In this document: one piece after another, positions 37,677 through 48,247 of the stretch | Layout: every line of letters starts with the position of its first letter | Numbering within the stretch: the first letter of the stretch is position 1 | Origin: Macrostomum lignano | Taxonomy: Eukaryota | Direction: 5' to 3' | Assembly: GCA_002269645.1 (NCBI GenBank) | Contig: NIVC01000257.1 | Span: 526,011-590,010, forward strand | Length of the DNA stretch: 64,000 nt | Made by a program: the position numbers and the translations under genes | The notes under the pieces: generated by a model | Database searches by the model: none | What the model was told of the DNA's origin: nothing | The model's input: only the letters and a program-made list of their open reading frames with translations

Positions 37677-38321
37677 AGCTCGGAGCAGCCAGGCTGGCCG
37701 GAGAAGGTGGCCGGTCACCTGGAGACCATATTCGATCCCAACACAATGGCCTACATGCACAAGAGCAAGGCGCTGGACTTCCGCATTGACAAGCTGGCCC
37801 AGATGGTGAAGTCTCACCTGCCAGCTAATAAATGGTTTATCTATGTGTGCCGCAGCAAGCGCCTGGCCAACAGGTGCTCAGACTCGGTGTGCAAGGCGCT
37901 CGGCGAGGCGCTGGCCCAGCTGGACTGGGTCGGCCTGGTCACCGGCGGCGGCCCCGGCGCCGACCAGATCGTGTCGCGCCAGTTCAGCGATAGCCGCAGA
38001 CAGAACGGCCAATCGGAGGACACCTGGCACCTGTTGCACGACAGCGGCGGCGATAAATCATCTTCCACATCGGCAGCCGCAGCGCCAAAGTCGCCGAACA
38101 CCCCGCCACAGTTCGGCAAAAGCCTCGTGTGCGGCGACTCCGCTGCCGAGAGGCTGCAAATCGCCGCCCACCTGTGCAGCCTCTGCCTGCTGATTGAGGG
38201 CGGCACGAAATCTGTGGAAGAGGCCGACCAGTTCATGTGGCACGACAAGGTGGTGCTGCCGCTCAAGTGCCTTGGCGGCGCCGCGGCCAGCTACTATGGA
38301 GAGAGCGAGCGGCGCTTTGAG
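37677..38321 (+). CDS. TIR-TIR-SLOG gene exon: SLOG (SMF/DprA-LOG superfamily) domain
   Basis: GCGCAG|AGC...GAG|GTAGCA, 645 nt, phase 0-0. Motifs FIYVCRS..., KALGEALAQLDWVGLVTGGGPGADQIV, TWHLL, CGDSAAERLQIAAHLCSLCLLIEGGTKSVEEA, KVVLPLKCLGGAA match the LOG/SLOG pattern (LG..LA...vTGG..G; R......D....PGG.GT.EE; PV......GG.A). Confidence 0.88.
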
Positions 38322-38479
38322 GTAGCAGATTTTATTCTTGTTTTGTCATCGATTTTTAATGTTTGCACGCAAAAAATATTAGACATTTCCGTTACTTGCT
38401 ACTTTCGATGCTGATAGGTAGGATAATTTGCATCGGATAACGAAGTTAATACTGGAAACTATAACTGTACACTGCTTAG

Positions 38480-38665
38480 GTGCCTCCGGGCGTTAGTCAG
38501 AAACTGTGGAGTAAACTGGCGGTGCCGCTAGACTGCGGCAATTACACTGCCGAGCACCTGGTGGCCAACGTGCTCAAAATTATTCACAGCCTGCGCGGCT
38601 ACGAGAAGCGAGCAGCTGCTCAGCAGCGGCCGGGCTTCCTCTGCAGGCTAAGAGGAACCACGTGA
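38480..38665 (+). CDS. TIR-TIR-SLOG gene terminal exon
   Basis: CTTAG|GTG, phase 0. Peptide VPPGVSQKLWSKLAVPLDCGNYTAEHLVANVLKIIHSLRGYEKRAAAQQRPGFLCRLRGTT, stop TGA 38663-38665. Confidence 0.85.
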   Translation: MPPGVSQKLWSKLAVPLDCGNYTAEHLVANVLKIIHSLRGYEKRAAAQQRPGFLCRLRGTT

Positions 38666-38807
38666 CCTTGCCTGTAGGGTTGTCTGACAAATTTTACTGA
38701 TTCTAGTGTACTTTTATCAACTATTTGCTTGCATGCATATTCATTGTTATTTTTGTATATCAATATCACTTTTGTGAATTCTGTGGTGCAATCAAATCCA
38801 CAACTGA

Positions 38808-39151
38808 TCAATCACACTGGGGAAATCGTCAATCACACTGGAGAAATCATCAATCACAATTGGGAAATCATCAATCACAATCGGGAAATCATCAATCACA
38901 ATCGGGAAATCATCAATCACAATCGGGAAATCATCAATCACAATCGGGAACTCATCAATCACAATCGGGAAATCATCAATCACAATCGGGAAATCATCAT
39001 TCATTATCGGGAACTCATCAATAACAATCGGGAAATCATCAATCACAATCGGGAAATCATCATTCATTATCGGGAACTCATCAATCACAATCGGGATATC
39101 ATCAATCACAATCGGGAAATCATCAATCACAATGGGGAAATCATCTATCAC
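38808..39151. repeat. 21-bp minisatellite (ATCATCAATCACAATCGGGAA)
   Basis: About 16 copies, 140 bp downstream of the stop codon. Confidence 0.93.
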
Positions 39152-39696
39152 TGAGTCAGGCTTCTGCCTTCCACTAAAGGCTGATATTACATGAAATTAA
39201 TATAGCAAGTGCTGCCTCTACCGATCTGTTTATTCAGTCGACTGTTTAGGAGACTGTGTAATTCCCGTTTGTTTTTGCCTGTCTGATGGCTTGCCAAATT
39301 ATACTCGTAGATTGAATAGAACAAGTAAAGTTTGTTTTTTCCTGTATTTACGAGTTTCATCGATGTACATCGATGAATAACTCTAAAAGTACAAAGCCTC
39401 TTCAATCTGATTTGTTTTATTTTTTTCCCATTAGCAGTGCCTTGGTTGAATCGCAGTGCATTAAAACAGGGATCTAGACACGTTTGCATATTATTAGACC
39501 TTCATTTCTATTGCTGCCCTTACGTAATTATTGAATGTCACTTCTCACTGTGCTCCTTTGAGCACTCCTGCTTCTGGCTTAGCTCCTGTATCTCTTGTGG
39601 GATCTTCAAATCTCTTTCGATTTGACACCAAATTTGTCAACATCTACGCTCGTATGTGCGTTCGCTATTTTATTTTAACTGGTTGTGCGGTGACCT

Positions 39697-40820
39697 CTCA
39701 TCCTTTCCCTCTCTCCTCTCCTATCCTCTCCTCTCTTATCCTCTCTCTCTTATCCTCTCCTCTCCTCTCCTCTCTTCTCCTCTCGTCTCCTCTCTCTTAT
39801 CCTCTTTTCTCCTCTCCTCTCCTCTCCTCTCTTCTCCTCTCCTCTCCTCTCGTCTCCTCTCCTCTCCTCTCCTCTCCTCTCTTCTCCTCTCGTCTCCTCT
39901 CCTCTCCTCTCGTCTCCTCTCTCTCCTCTCCTCTCTCCTCTCCTCTCCTCTCTCTTATCCTCTCCTCTCCTCTCCTCTCCTCTCCTCTCCTCTCCTCTCC
40001 TCTCCTCTCCTCTCCTCTCCTCTCCTCTCCTATCTTCTCCTCTCGTCTCCTCTCTCTCCTCTCCTCTCCTCTCCTCTCCTCTCCTCTCCTCTCCTCTCCT
40101 CTCCTCTCCTCTCCTCTCTTCTCCTCTCGTCTCCTCTCTCTTATCCTCTCCTCTCCTCTCCTCTCCTCTCCTCTCCTCTCCTCTCTTATCCTCTTTTCTC
40201 CTCTCCTCTCCTCTCCTCTCTTCTCCTCTCCTCTCCTCTCCTCTCCTCTCTTCTCCTCTCGTCTCCTCTCTCTTATCCTCTCCTCTCCTCTCCTCTCCTC
40301 TCCTCTCCTCTCCTCTCCTCTCCTCTCCTCTCCTCTCCTCTCCTCTCCTATCTTCTCCTCTCCTCTCCTCTCCTCTCCTCTCCTCTCCTCTCCTCTCCTC
40401 TCCTCTCCTCTCCTCTCCTCTCCTATCTTCTCCTCTCGTCTCCTCTCTCTCCTCTCCTCTCCTCTCCTCTCGTCTCCTCTCCTCTCCTCTCCTCTGCTCT
40501 CCTCTCCTCTCCTCTCCTCTCCTCTCCTCTCCTCTCCTCTGCTCTCCTCTCCTCTCCTCTCTCTCCTCTCCTCTCCTCTCCTCTCCTCTCCTCTCCTCTC
40601 CTCTGCTCTCCTCTCCTCTCCTCTCCTCTCCTCTCCTCTCCTCTCTTCTCCTCTCTTCTCCTCTCGTCTCGTCTCCTCTTCTCTCCTCTTCTCTCCTCTC
40701 CTCTCTCCTCTCTCCTATCCTCTCCTCTCCTCTCCTCTCTCTTATCCTCTCCTCTCCTTTCTTCTCCTTTCTCCTCTTCTCTCTTCTCTCCTCTCTTCTC
40801 CCTCCCTCACTCTCCCTCCC
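39697..40820. repeat. (CTCCT)n pentanucleotide microsatellite
   Basis: About 1.1 kb of nearly pure pyrimidine. Confidence 0.96.
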
Positions 40821-41469
40821 TCACGAATCTTCCCTCTTTTCTAATTTCACTGTCCCTCTTGTGCTAAAAAAACATATTCCGTAGCTGGATGCACTCCTCC
40901 AGATCGCCAATAGCTCCCAGGCTTCCGCAATGTCTCTTAATAGCTCTTATATCTCAGCAGCTGGCGCACTGCGGTGATGGGAGTAAAGCTTATTGAATCT
41001 ATACAACTTTTGGATCGGGTTCTCGCGCAACAACGAAGGCTGGGGGCGATAGTGAGAGCGGAAATGCATTGAATTGATTGGGTACAAGCAACGAGTTCTA
41101 CTGCTCAGTGCCTGGTGCCTGGTGTGCTGTGGCCCATATGGTATACATGTATGAAGAGTTTGCGTGCCAAGAATCGTTCACTGCTTTTGCCGCAACTCTG
41201 CATGCCTGTATCCCTATATTTATGCCATATATCATCTGTCTTTTTGTATTGATTTTGTGCTGTTCTTTTCAGCACTTCCGAATTCCAGGCGAAGCCAGTA
41301 TGCGTGTCTCATCCGATGTGCGCTCACAAGTTTATTGACCGGCAAACAAGCAAAGCTCGGGAGACATTTCTGCTGCTTCTGTCTCTTTAGTACCTGTTTT
41401 CTTTCGATTTGTTGAAACTCCGCTTGTGTTTGGGCGCTTGCTATTATAATTTAATTGGGGCGGTGACCT

Positions 41470-41870
41470 TTTCCCTCTCTTCTCATCCCCTCTCCCCATC
41501 CCTTCTCTCCATACTCTCTCTCCCCATCCCTTCTCTCCATCCTCTCTCTCCCCATCCCTTCTCTCCATCCTCTCTCTCCCCATCCCCTCTCTCCCATTCC
41601 TTCTTCCCAGCCCTCTCCCCATCCCCTCTCCCGAGCCCCTCTCCCCATCCCGTCTCCCTAGCCCCTCTCCCCATCCCTTCTCTCCATACTCTCTCTCCCC
41701 ATCCCTTCTCTCCATCCTCTCTCTCCCCATCCCCTCTCTCCCATTCCTTCTTCCCAGCCCTCTCCCCATCCCCTCTCCCGAGCCCCTCTCCCCATCCCGT
41801 CTCCCTAGCCCCTCTCCCCATCCCCTCTCCCTAGCCCCTCTCCCCATCCCCTCTCTCCCTATTCCCTATC
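41470..41870. repeat. CT-rich composite repeat with an internal ~150-bp duplication
   Basis: CCATTCCTTCTTCCCAGCC occurs at 41594 and 41741. Confidence 0.85.
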
Positions 41871-42423
41871 CCAATATCTGTACATGTAAGCAGTTTTCTC
41901 AAGCTGCTAGTCTTCAGTAGTATATATTTTAAAAGTGAACCAACAGCAATTTTCTTTTAAATCCCTTCACAAATAAGCGCCGGAAAGTCACGAGTCTCAG
42001 GGAGATGATGGCCTCAGGGGTTTTTCGCATTCCGGACGCAAAAGCTCTGGTGCCTATATACAGCCTGTGGGATATTTTCCCCTAGCTTTTTATATATTAT
42101 CCCTGGGTAGATACTTGAGAACCCGGCTACGAGCTGCCGGGATTGCCCAGGGAGGGGGGGTTCCAGCAGCCGCTTCATCTTGCCCAGTTTGAGATTCGCT
42201 TCTGCTTCTGCATGGGAGCCAGCTTCTTAGAGAGGCAGCATTTCTGATCCCATCGCTTCAATTCCCATCCTCCTCTCCCCATGCTCAAATCTCTCTCACT
42301 CTGCTTTTTTATCATCATCATCCATCTGCGGCTGCCAGCCCCGCCCAGCCTCCGAAATCCCCATCGGAGACTCGGAAGCTTCCCGAGAGTCCCTGCTGCC
42401 GCATGGTTAAGTTCCAGCATGCA

Positions 42424-42456
<33 letters not shown>

Positions 42457-42796
42457 TCCCTTGTGAGTCCGGCAGACTTGTGCTCTGCTGCAGTGAGCAG
42501 CTCGAAACATATGCCGCTTAGGGGATTTGTACTCAATATATGCTGCTCAGAAATGGGAGTTGATTTTTGCTTGTTGATGATGCCAAGAACAGTCTGATGG
42601 GGATTATAGATTGATTTCTAGCTGCGTTTTTGGGCTCTATAGATTGACCGCATCCTGTCAATCAATCAGTTGGATTCAGGATGCACTGGGGAAAGTTAAC
42701 GTGTGTGAATGGCGTTAATTTATGTAGAGAGGGAGAGAGAGAATGGAGAGAGACTTCCGAATTAAGATGAAGATTAAAAAGAAGAACTCAACCGAG

Positions 42797-43460
42797 CTCT
42801 GACAGGTAAGAGGGAGAGATTCGGACAGGTGAGAGGCAGAGAGTCGGACAGGTGAGAGGGAGAGAGTCGGACAGGTAAGAGGGAGAGTCGGACAGGTGAG
42901 AGGGAGAGTCGGACAGGTGAGAGGCAGAGAGTCGGACAGGTGAGAGGGAGAGAGTCGGACAAATGAGAGGGAGAGTCAGACAGGTGAGAGGGAGAGAGTC
43001 AGACAGGTGAGAGGGAGAGAGTCAGACAAATGAGAGGGAGAGTCGGACAGGTGAGAGGGAGAGAGTCGGACAAATGAGAGGGAGAGTCGGACAGGTGAGA
43101 GGGAGAGAGTCGGACAGGTGAGAGGGAGAGTCAGACAGGTGAGAGGGAGAGATTCGGACAGGTGAGAGGCAGAGAGTCGGAAGGTGAGAGGGAGAGTCGG
43201 ACAGGTGAGAGGCAGAGAGTCGGACAGGTGAGAGGGAGAGAGTCGGACAGGTGAGAGGGAGAGTCGGGCAGGTGAGAGGGAGAGAGTCGGACAGGTGAGA
43301 GGGAAAGATTCGGACAGGTGAGAGGGAGAGTCGGGCAGGTGAGAGGGAGAGAGTCGGACAGGTGAGAGGGAGAGATTCGGACAGGTGAGAGGGAGAGTCG
43401 GGCAGGTGAGAGGGAGAGTCGGGCAGGTGAGAGGGAGAGTCGGACAGGTGAGAGGGAGAG
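42797..43460. repeat. 21-23-bp purine-rich minisatellite (GACAGGTGAGAGGGAGAGTCG)
   Basis: About 29 copies. Confidence 0.95.
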
Positions 43461-43619
43461 TGATGGTCATAGTAAGCATCACAGGTGTAAGTTGGAATTA
43501 GAAGCGAACATTCAAGTTTTAGGCCGAGTTTTCGCACCCTAATCCCGGAAATGAGGCTAAGGTTGTAATAGCGAAAATTGGTGAAAAAGACGGAAAAGTA
43601 TGCATGACTCCACTGCAAC

Positions 43620-43813
43620 CATGGCCGGAAGGTGATATCCTACACAGCTGGTCATTCCAGCCCAGCCCAGCTGGGTGCAGTGTCAGTTCCCGCTGGCTGG
43701 CATTTCGACTTTAACTACCCACACCTCACACATCCCATGTGCACCGCGGTCAATTTTCACGGCTTCCCCGTCACCATGGAACTTGCGGTGTTCAATCAGT
43801 CTGCATCGCGCGC
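43620..43813 (-). CDS. Two weak candidate exons (43730-43813 and 43620-43670) of an unidentified gene
   Basis: CCCACAG|GC...T|GTGAGG, 84 nt, phase 1-1, single open frame ARCRLIEHRKFHGDGEAVKIDRGAHGM. 59-nt intron with CTGAC branch-like motif. Next exon GLGWNDQLCRISPSGH has a poor donor. Confidence 0.2.
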
Positions 43814-43974
43814 CTGTGGGTACGCGCGGAAACAACTGACAGTTTCTTGTCGATTCTAAAAAGTTTTTCCGCTTTTAAACAGCGAGAAGGTTTTGTGCAA
43901 ATATGGATTGATGAAGCTTTGCTGCTTCAGCAGCTCACCTTCACTGTTTCTCCATCTGCTCTCTCCCGTTTATA

Positions 43975-44460
43975 TGCATCTCTCCACTTTCTCTCCTCCC
44001 TATTTACGAGTATATCCCCCTCTACCTCTCCCCTCTCTGTCTATTTCTCTCCCCTGTCTACCTCTTCCCCTCTTCCCCTCTCCACGTCTCCCCTTCTCCC
44101 TCCCTCCACCTCTCCCCTTCTCCCCCTCTCCATCTCTCGCCACCTCTCCCCTTCTCTCCCTCTCTACCTCTCCCCTTCTCCCCCTCTCAACCTCTCGCCA
44201 CCTCTCCCCTACTCCCCTTCTCCACCTCTCCCCTTCTCTCCCTCTCTACCTCTCCCCTTCTCCCCCTCTCCACCTCTCTCCTTCTCCCTCTCTCCACCTC
44301 TCCCTTTCTCTCCCTCTCCGCCTCTCCCCTTCTCTCCCTCTCCACCTCTCCCCTTCTCCCTCTCCACCTCTCCCCTTCTCTCCCTCTCCGCCTCTCCCCT
44401 TCTCTCCCTCTCTACCTCTCCACCTCTCCCCTTCTCCCCTTTATGTCTACCTCACCCCCA
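43975..44460. repeat. CT-rich imperfect repeat (CCACCTCTCCCCTTCTCTCCCTCT-like)
   Basis: Direct read. Confidence 0.88.
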
Positions 44461-45556
44461 ACTCTACCTCATTCCCTTACTACCTCTCCCTAAGTCTCAC
44501 TCCTGTCTATATTCTCCCAGTGTGCCTGCCTCCCATGTCTCCATCACCCCTTACTCTCTATCCGCACTGCCAAAGCATTCAAGGCTCAGATTTCGAATCC
44601 TCCCAGTACTGGCTGTTCTCCAATTTCAAACTGCAATTTTCCAACTCAGCTGCCGGCCTCTCTCCCTCGCAACGCCCTCCCTGGCGCGGGTCTCGTCGGA
44701 TTTCTTAATTTCACCGCCCGGTTGCCGAGCGCGTTTGTCCGAATCGAGTCTGCCTCTCCCCCCCGGCCTCATCTTCGCTTTGCTGCTGCTGGCTGGCTGA
44801 CTACCCGAAGCCTGAGCCACTCCAGTCAAGAAATGATATTCATATTTAGAAGCTGGCAGCGAGCCTGTCTCAGCTCCGTGTGCACTGTGGCCTCGGTGTG
44901 TCGCATGCATTCAGACAGATATACACCGGCAGCGGTGGCGAGTCACGGAGAGAAGAGACGCCCGCCGCCCCTCCCCCCTTCCCGACGCCTGGCCCCGCGG
45001 TCAGCCCCAGGCAACCGGGTCGACTTTGCCTTCTTATCTCAGGCCGAACAGCCGGGGCTCAATTTTTTTCGGGTAGCCAGCTGGGGCTGTGGGAAACTCT
45101 TTCGAGCAGAAAGAAGGAAGCTGAGCTGACTTCCCTTCATCATCATTTTCCACCAGCCTCCCCAGCACCCCCAGCCTCAAGTAGGCGAAAACGGCTGCTG
45201 CGGCAGAATCGATATGATGAACTAACTGTCTGCGAGACTCCCAGCTTCCTCCAAGCCTCATCTCTCTGCCTAGTGTTCCGGCCTCGTAGGCCTCAGAAAC
45301 TCCTGGTCGATCTTTTCATCTTTTTTATTCTCTATTTTAGAAGCCCTCTGCCGATTCTGTTGCTTTTGCTTCTGCTTTGATCTGTCTGCTTTTTGTGCTG
45401 TCTCTCAGAGTCCCCCTAGTTGTGCAGTTTTTGCCTGATGATAATCTTCATATATATTTTTATTCACCTGGAAACTCCGGGCAGGGTTTTGAAGACAAAA
45501 AATAATGGATGAGGGAGAGAGCCTGACTGCATCGGGCTAATGATGCGACCAAGGAA

Positions 45557-45574
45557 CCGCCCCGTTTCTATTGG
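45557..45574 (-). promoter_or_regulatory. Adjacent CCAAT box and GC box (possible promoter)
   Basis: - strand CCAATAGAAACGGGGCGG, followed ~90 nt downstream by CAG|GTGAAT (45462-45467). Short motifs, could be chance. Confidence 0.2.
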
Positions 45575-45847
45575 CCAGGAGAGGCCAGACTGCCGCTGGA
45601 TGAGGCGCGAGTGGATAAAGCAGCAGGTCCTGACTGCTCCACAGCTCGACATTCTAAGCATGATGGGGCAACCCAGTCTCTCTGGAACTGATATTTGATT
45701 ATCAGATTTGAAGAAGTGATTTAATCGCAAGAACCTCCAAGCGAATCCCGATGGGCCGCACTGCGAACCTCAGTGTCGCCGCACTGGGTAGCGGAAGTTC
45801 AAATGAGGTGAGTCTGGGACCGCCCCGACCGCTTGGCAACTAGGCTT

Positions 45848-46482
45848 GAGTGGATTGCTAATCTAGTCTGCATAGATATAAGGGAATAGAGTGGATTGCT
45901 AATCTAGTCTGCATAGATATAAGGGAATAGAGTGGATTGCTAATCTAGTCTGCATAGATATAAGGGAATAGAGTGGATTGCTAATCTAGTCTGCATAGAT
46001 ATAAGGGAATAGAGTGGATTGCTAATCTAGTCTGCATAGGTATAAGGGAATAGAGTGGATTGCTAATCTAGCCTGCATAGGTATAAGGGAATAGAGTGGA
46101 TTGCTAATCTAGCCTGCATAGGTATAAGGGAATAGAGTGGATTGCTAATCTAGCCTGCATAGGTATAAGGGAATAGAGTGGATTGCTAATCTAGCCTGCA
46201 TAGGTATAAGGGAATAGAGTGGATTGCTAATCTAGCCTACATCAATGAAAGAATAGAATGGATTGCTAATCTAGCCAGCCTACATCAAGGAAAGAATAGA
46301 ATGGATTGCTAATCTAGCCTACATCAATGATGAAGGAATAGAATGGATTGCTAATCTAGCCTATATCAATAAAGGAATAGAATGGATTGCTAATCTAGCC
46401 TACATCAATGATGAAGGAATAGAACGGATTGCTAATCTGGCCTACATCAATGAAAGAATAGAATGGATTGCTAATCTAGCCA
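45848..46482. repeat. 41-bp minisatellite (GAGTGGATTGCTAATCTAGTCTGCATAGATATAAGGGAATA) drifting into a diverged variant
   Basis: About 15 copies, period 41 at 45848/45889. Confidence 0.93.
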
Positions 46483-47127
46483 ACAAATCATCAGCATATG
46501 TATAGTGTAAAGCAAATCTGTTATATGAGCCCCAGACTGTTTTCAGCAGCAATAAAATATAACGGTTTGTTACTAAGTGTCCGTCACATGCTCAACAATA
46601 TTTAATATCTTATTAGCGTTGTGATGTTTAAAATTATCAAGGCCAGAGAAACTTCCCTGAGAGGCCTGGGAGCAGCGCCAGCAGGTCTTGAGAGAGAATT
46701 TGCACTTTTTGGAATCCGCTGGAGCAGATCCAAGGCTTGGGCAGGCATCATAACAATATTTTGCACTGCACTCTGCTGCGCGCCCTCGCAAGGGCAGGTG
46801 CAGAATTTGATGAAGCAATGAAGAACCAGAGGCGCGGCGGCAAAGCAGGGAGTCTGCGGGGTGTCAGCGACATAATCGATCACCGCTCTCGACGCACGAG
46901 CTGGCCGCAGCCTCGGCACTGCTGCTCCCTAAACTGCCCCCCCCCTGCGGTTCACGGGTCGATAGCTGCAGAAATTGGAGGATCCCGAGCTCCCCGGCCT
47001 CCTTAGGCATCTCCCACACTTGCTGCGACTTTCCTGCCCACCGCCACTGGGGAGTCCGCGTGGGAATCCGGCCTCGGGCTCGAACACTGCTGGCTCGAAT
47101 CAGCCTACTCTGTTGCTCTTTCTTCTT

Positions 47128-47690
47128 TGACTACTCTGCCTACTCTGTTTACCCTATGCACTCTGCCTTCTCTATCTACCCTATGCACTCTGCCTTCTCT
47201 GTCTACCCTATGCACTCTGTCTACTCTGTCTACCCTATGCACTCTGTCTACCCTATGCACTCTGTCTACCCTATGCACTCTGTCTACTGTTTCTACTGTG
47301 TCTACTCTGTCTACTTTGTCTACCCTGTCTACTCTATGCAATCTGTCTACTCTGTCTATTCTGTCTACTTTGTCTACTGTGTCTACTCTGTCTACTCTGT
47401 CTACTCTGTCTACTCTGTCTACTCTGTCTACTCTGCCTACTCTGTCTACTCTGTCTACTCTGTCTTCTCTGTCTACTCTGTCTACTGACTCTACTCTATC
47501 TACTCTGCCTACTCTGTCTACTCTGTCTACTGACTCTACTGTATCTACTGTATCTACTCTGTCTACCCTATGTACTCTGTCTACTCTGTCTATTCTGTCT
47601 ACTGTGTCTACTGTGTCTATTCTGTCTACTGTGTCTACTGTGTCTACTGTGTCTACTTTGTCTACTTTGTCTACCCTGTCTACCCTAGCT
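47128..47690. repeat. 9-bp minisatellite (TCTACTCTG)
   Basis: Direct read. Confidence 0.93.
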
Positions 47691-48247
47691 ACTAATAACT
47701 CTGTCTACAACTGTCTTCTCTACGACCTTCACACTTCTTTATCACAGTATTTGAATGCCGCGTATTTAAAAGATCTCGAACTGATCCTGCTGCACTGTAT
47801 AAGTTCTAAGCAGTCTGCAGTCTGTTCCCAGTCTGTCTCGCGGGCACAAAAAAATTCAAGGCAGCTCGCAGGCAGCGGCTCGATATGCTAATGAAGTGCC
47901 CAGCCTCGTCAGCCAATTCAGAGCCCCGCAGACCGTCGCAGCCGGCCTCAATTTTGCCAGTTCCCCAGCGCCGCCAGCTCCCCCGATTTCAAAGAAAGAA
48001 AATTGGCCTCGATTTAAATACTAAAACTGCAGTAACCACTCGAAGTTTACATATATATATACAGTCAGCATATGCTAATTCACAAGATTGAACCGCCCAG
48101 CGGGGGTCCTTGTCCGAGACTGAGCCGTTGCTGCAAATCGATGCTTGACTGGACCGACTTCTTCCTCCTATCCAGTTTTGAAGGCCAGATTTGTTTCAGT
48201 TAAACACTTGGATGGGCCTCTCACGAGTTTTAGGGCTTCCGACACAG

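Noticed and set aside
25495-38665. Bacterial Thoeris operon or contaminant
   Set aside because: The domains are split by canonical spliceosomal introns with consistent phases and embedded in animal-type repeats.
38725-39154. INHNREI / NHQSQSG repeat ORFs just downstream of the TIR-SLOG stop
   Set aside because: 21-bp minisatellite open in several frames on both strands; no splice link to the gene.
39531-44800. Ser/Leu/Pro-rich ORFs (437, 403, 353, 271 aa) and the 263-aa ORF at 21956
   Set aside because: Translations of CT-rich microsatellites.
46695-46815. Ankyrin-like fragments LHFLESAGADP / NILH...LARAGAEFD
   Set aside because: Needs a frameshift, and the spacing is about 8 residues too short for an ankyrin repeat; likely chance.
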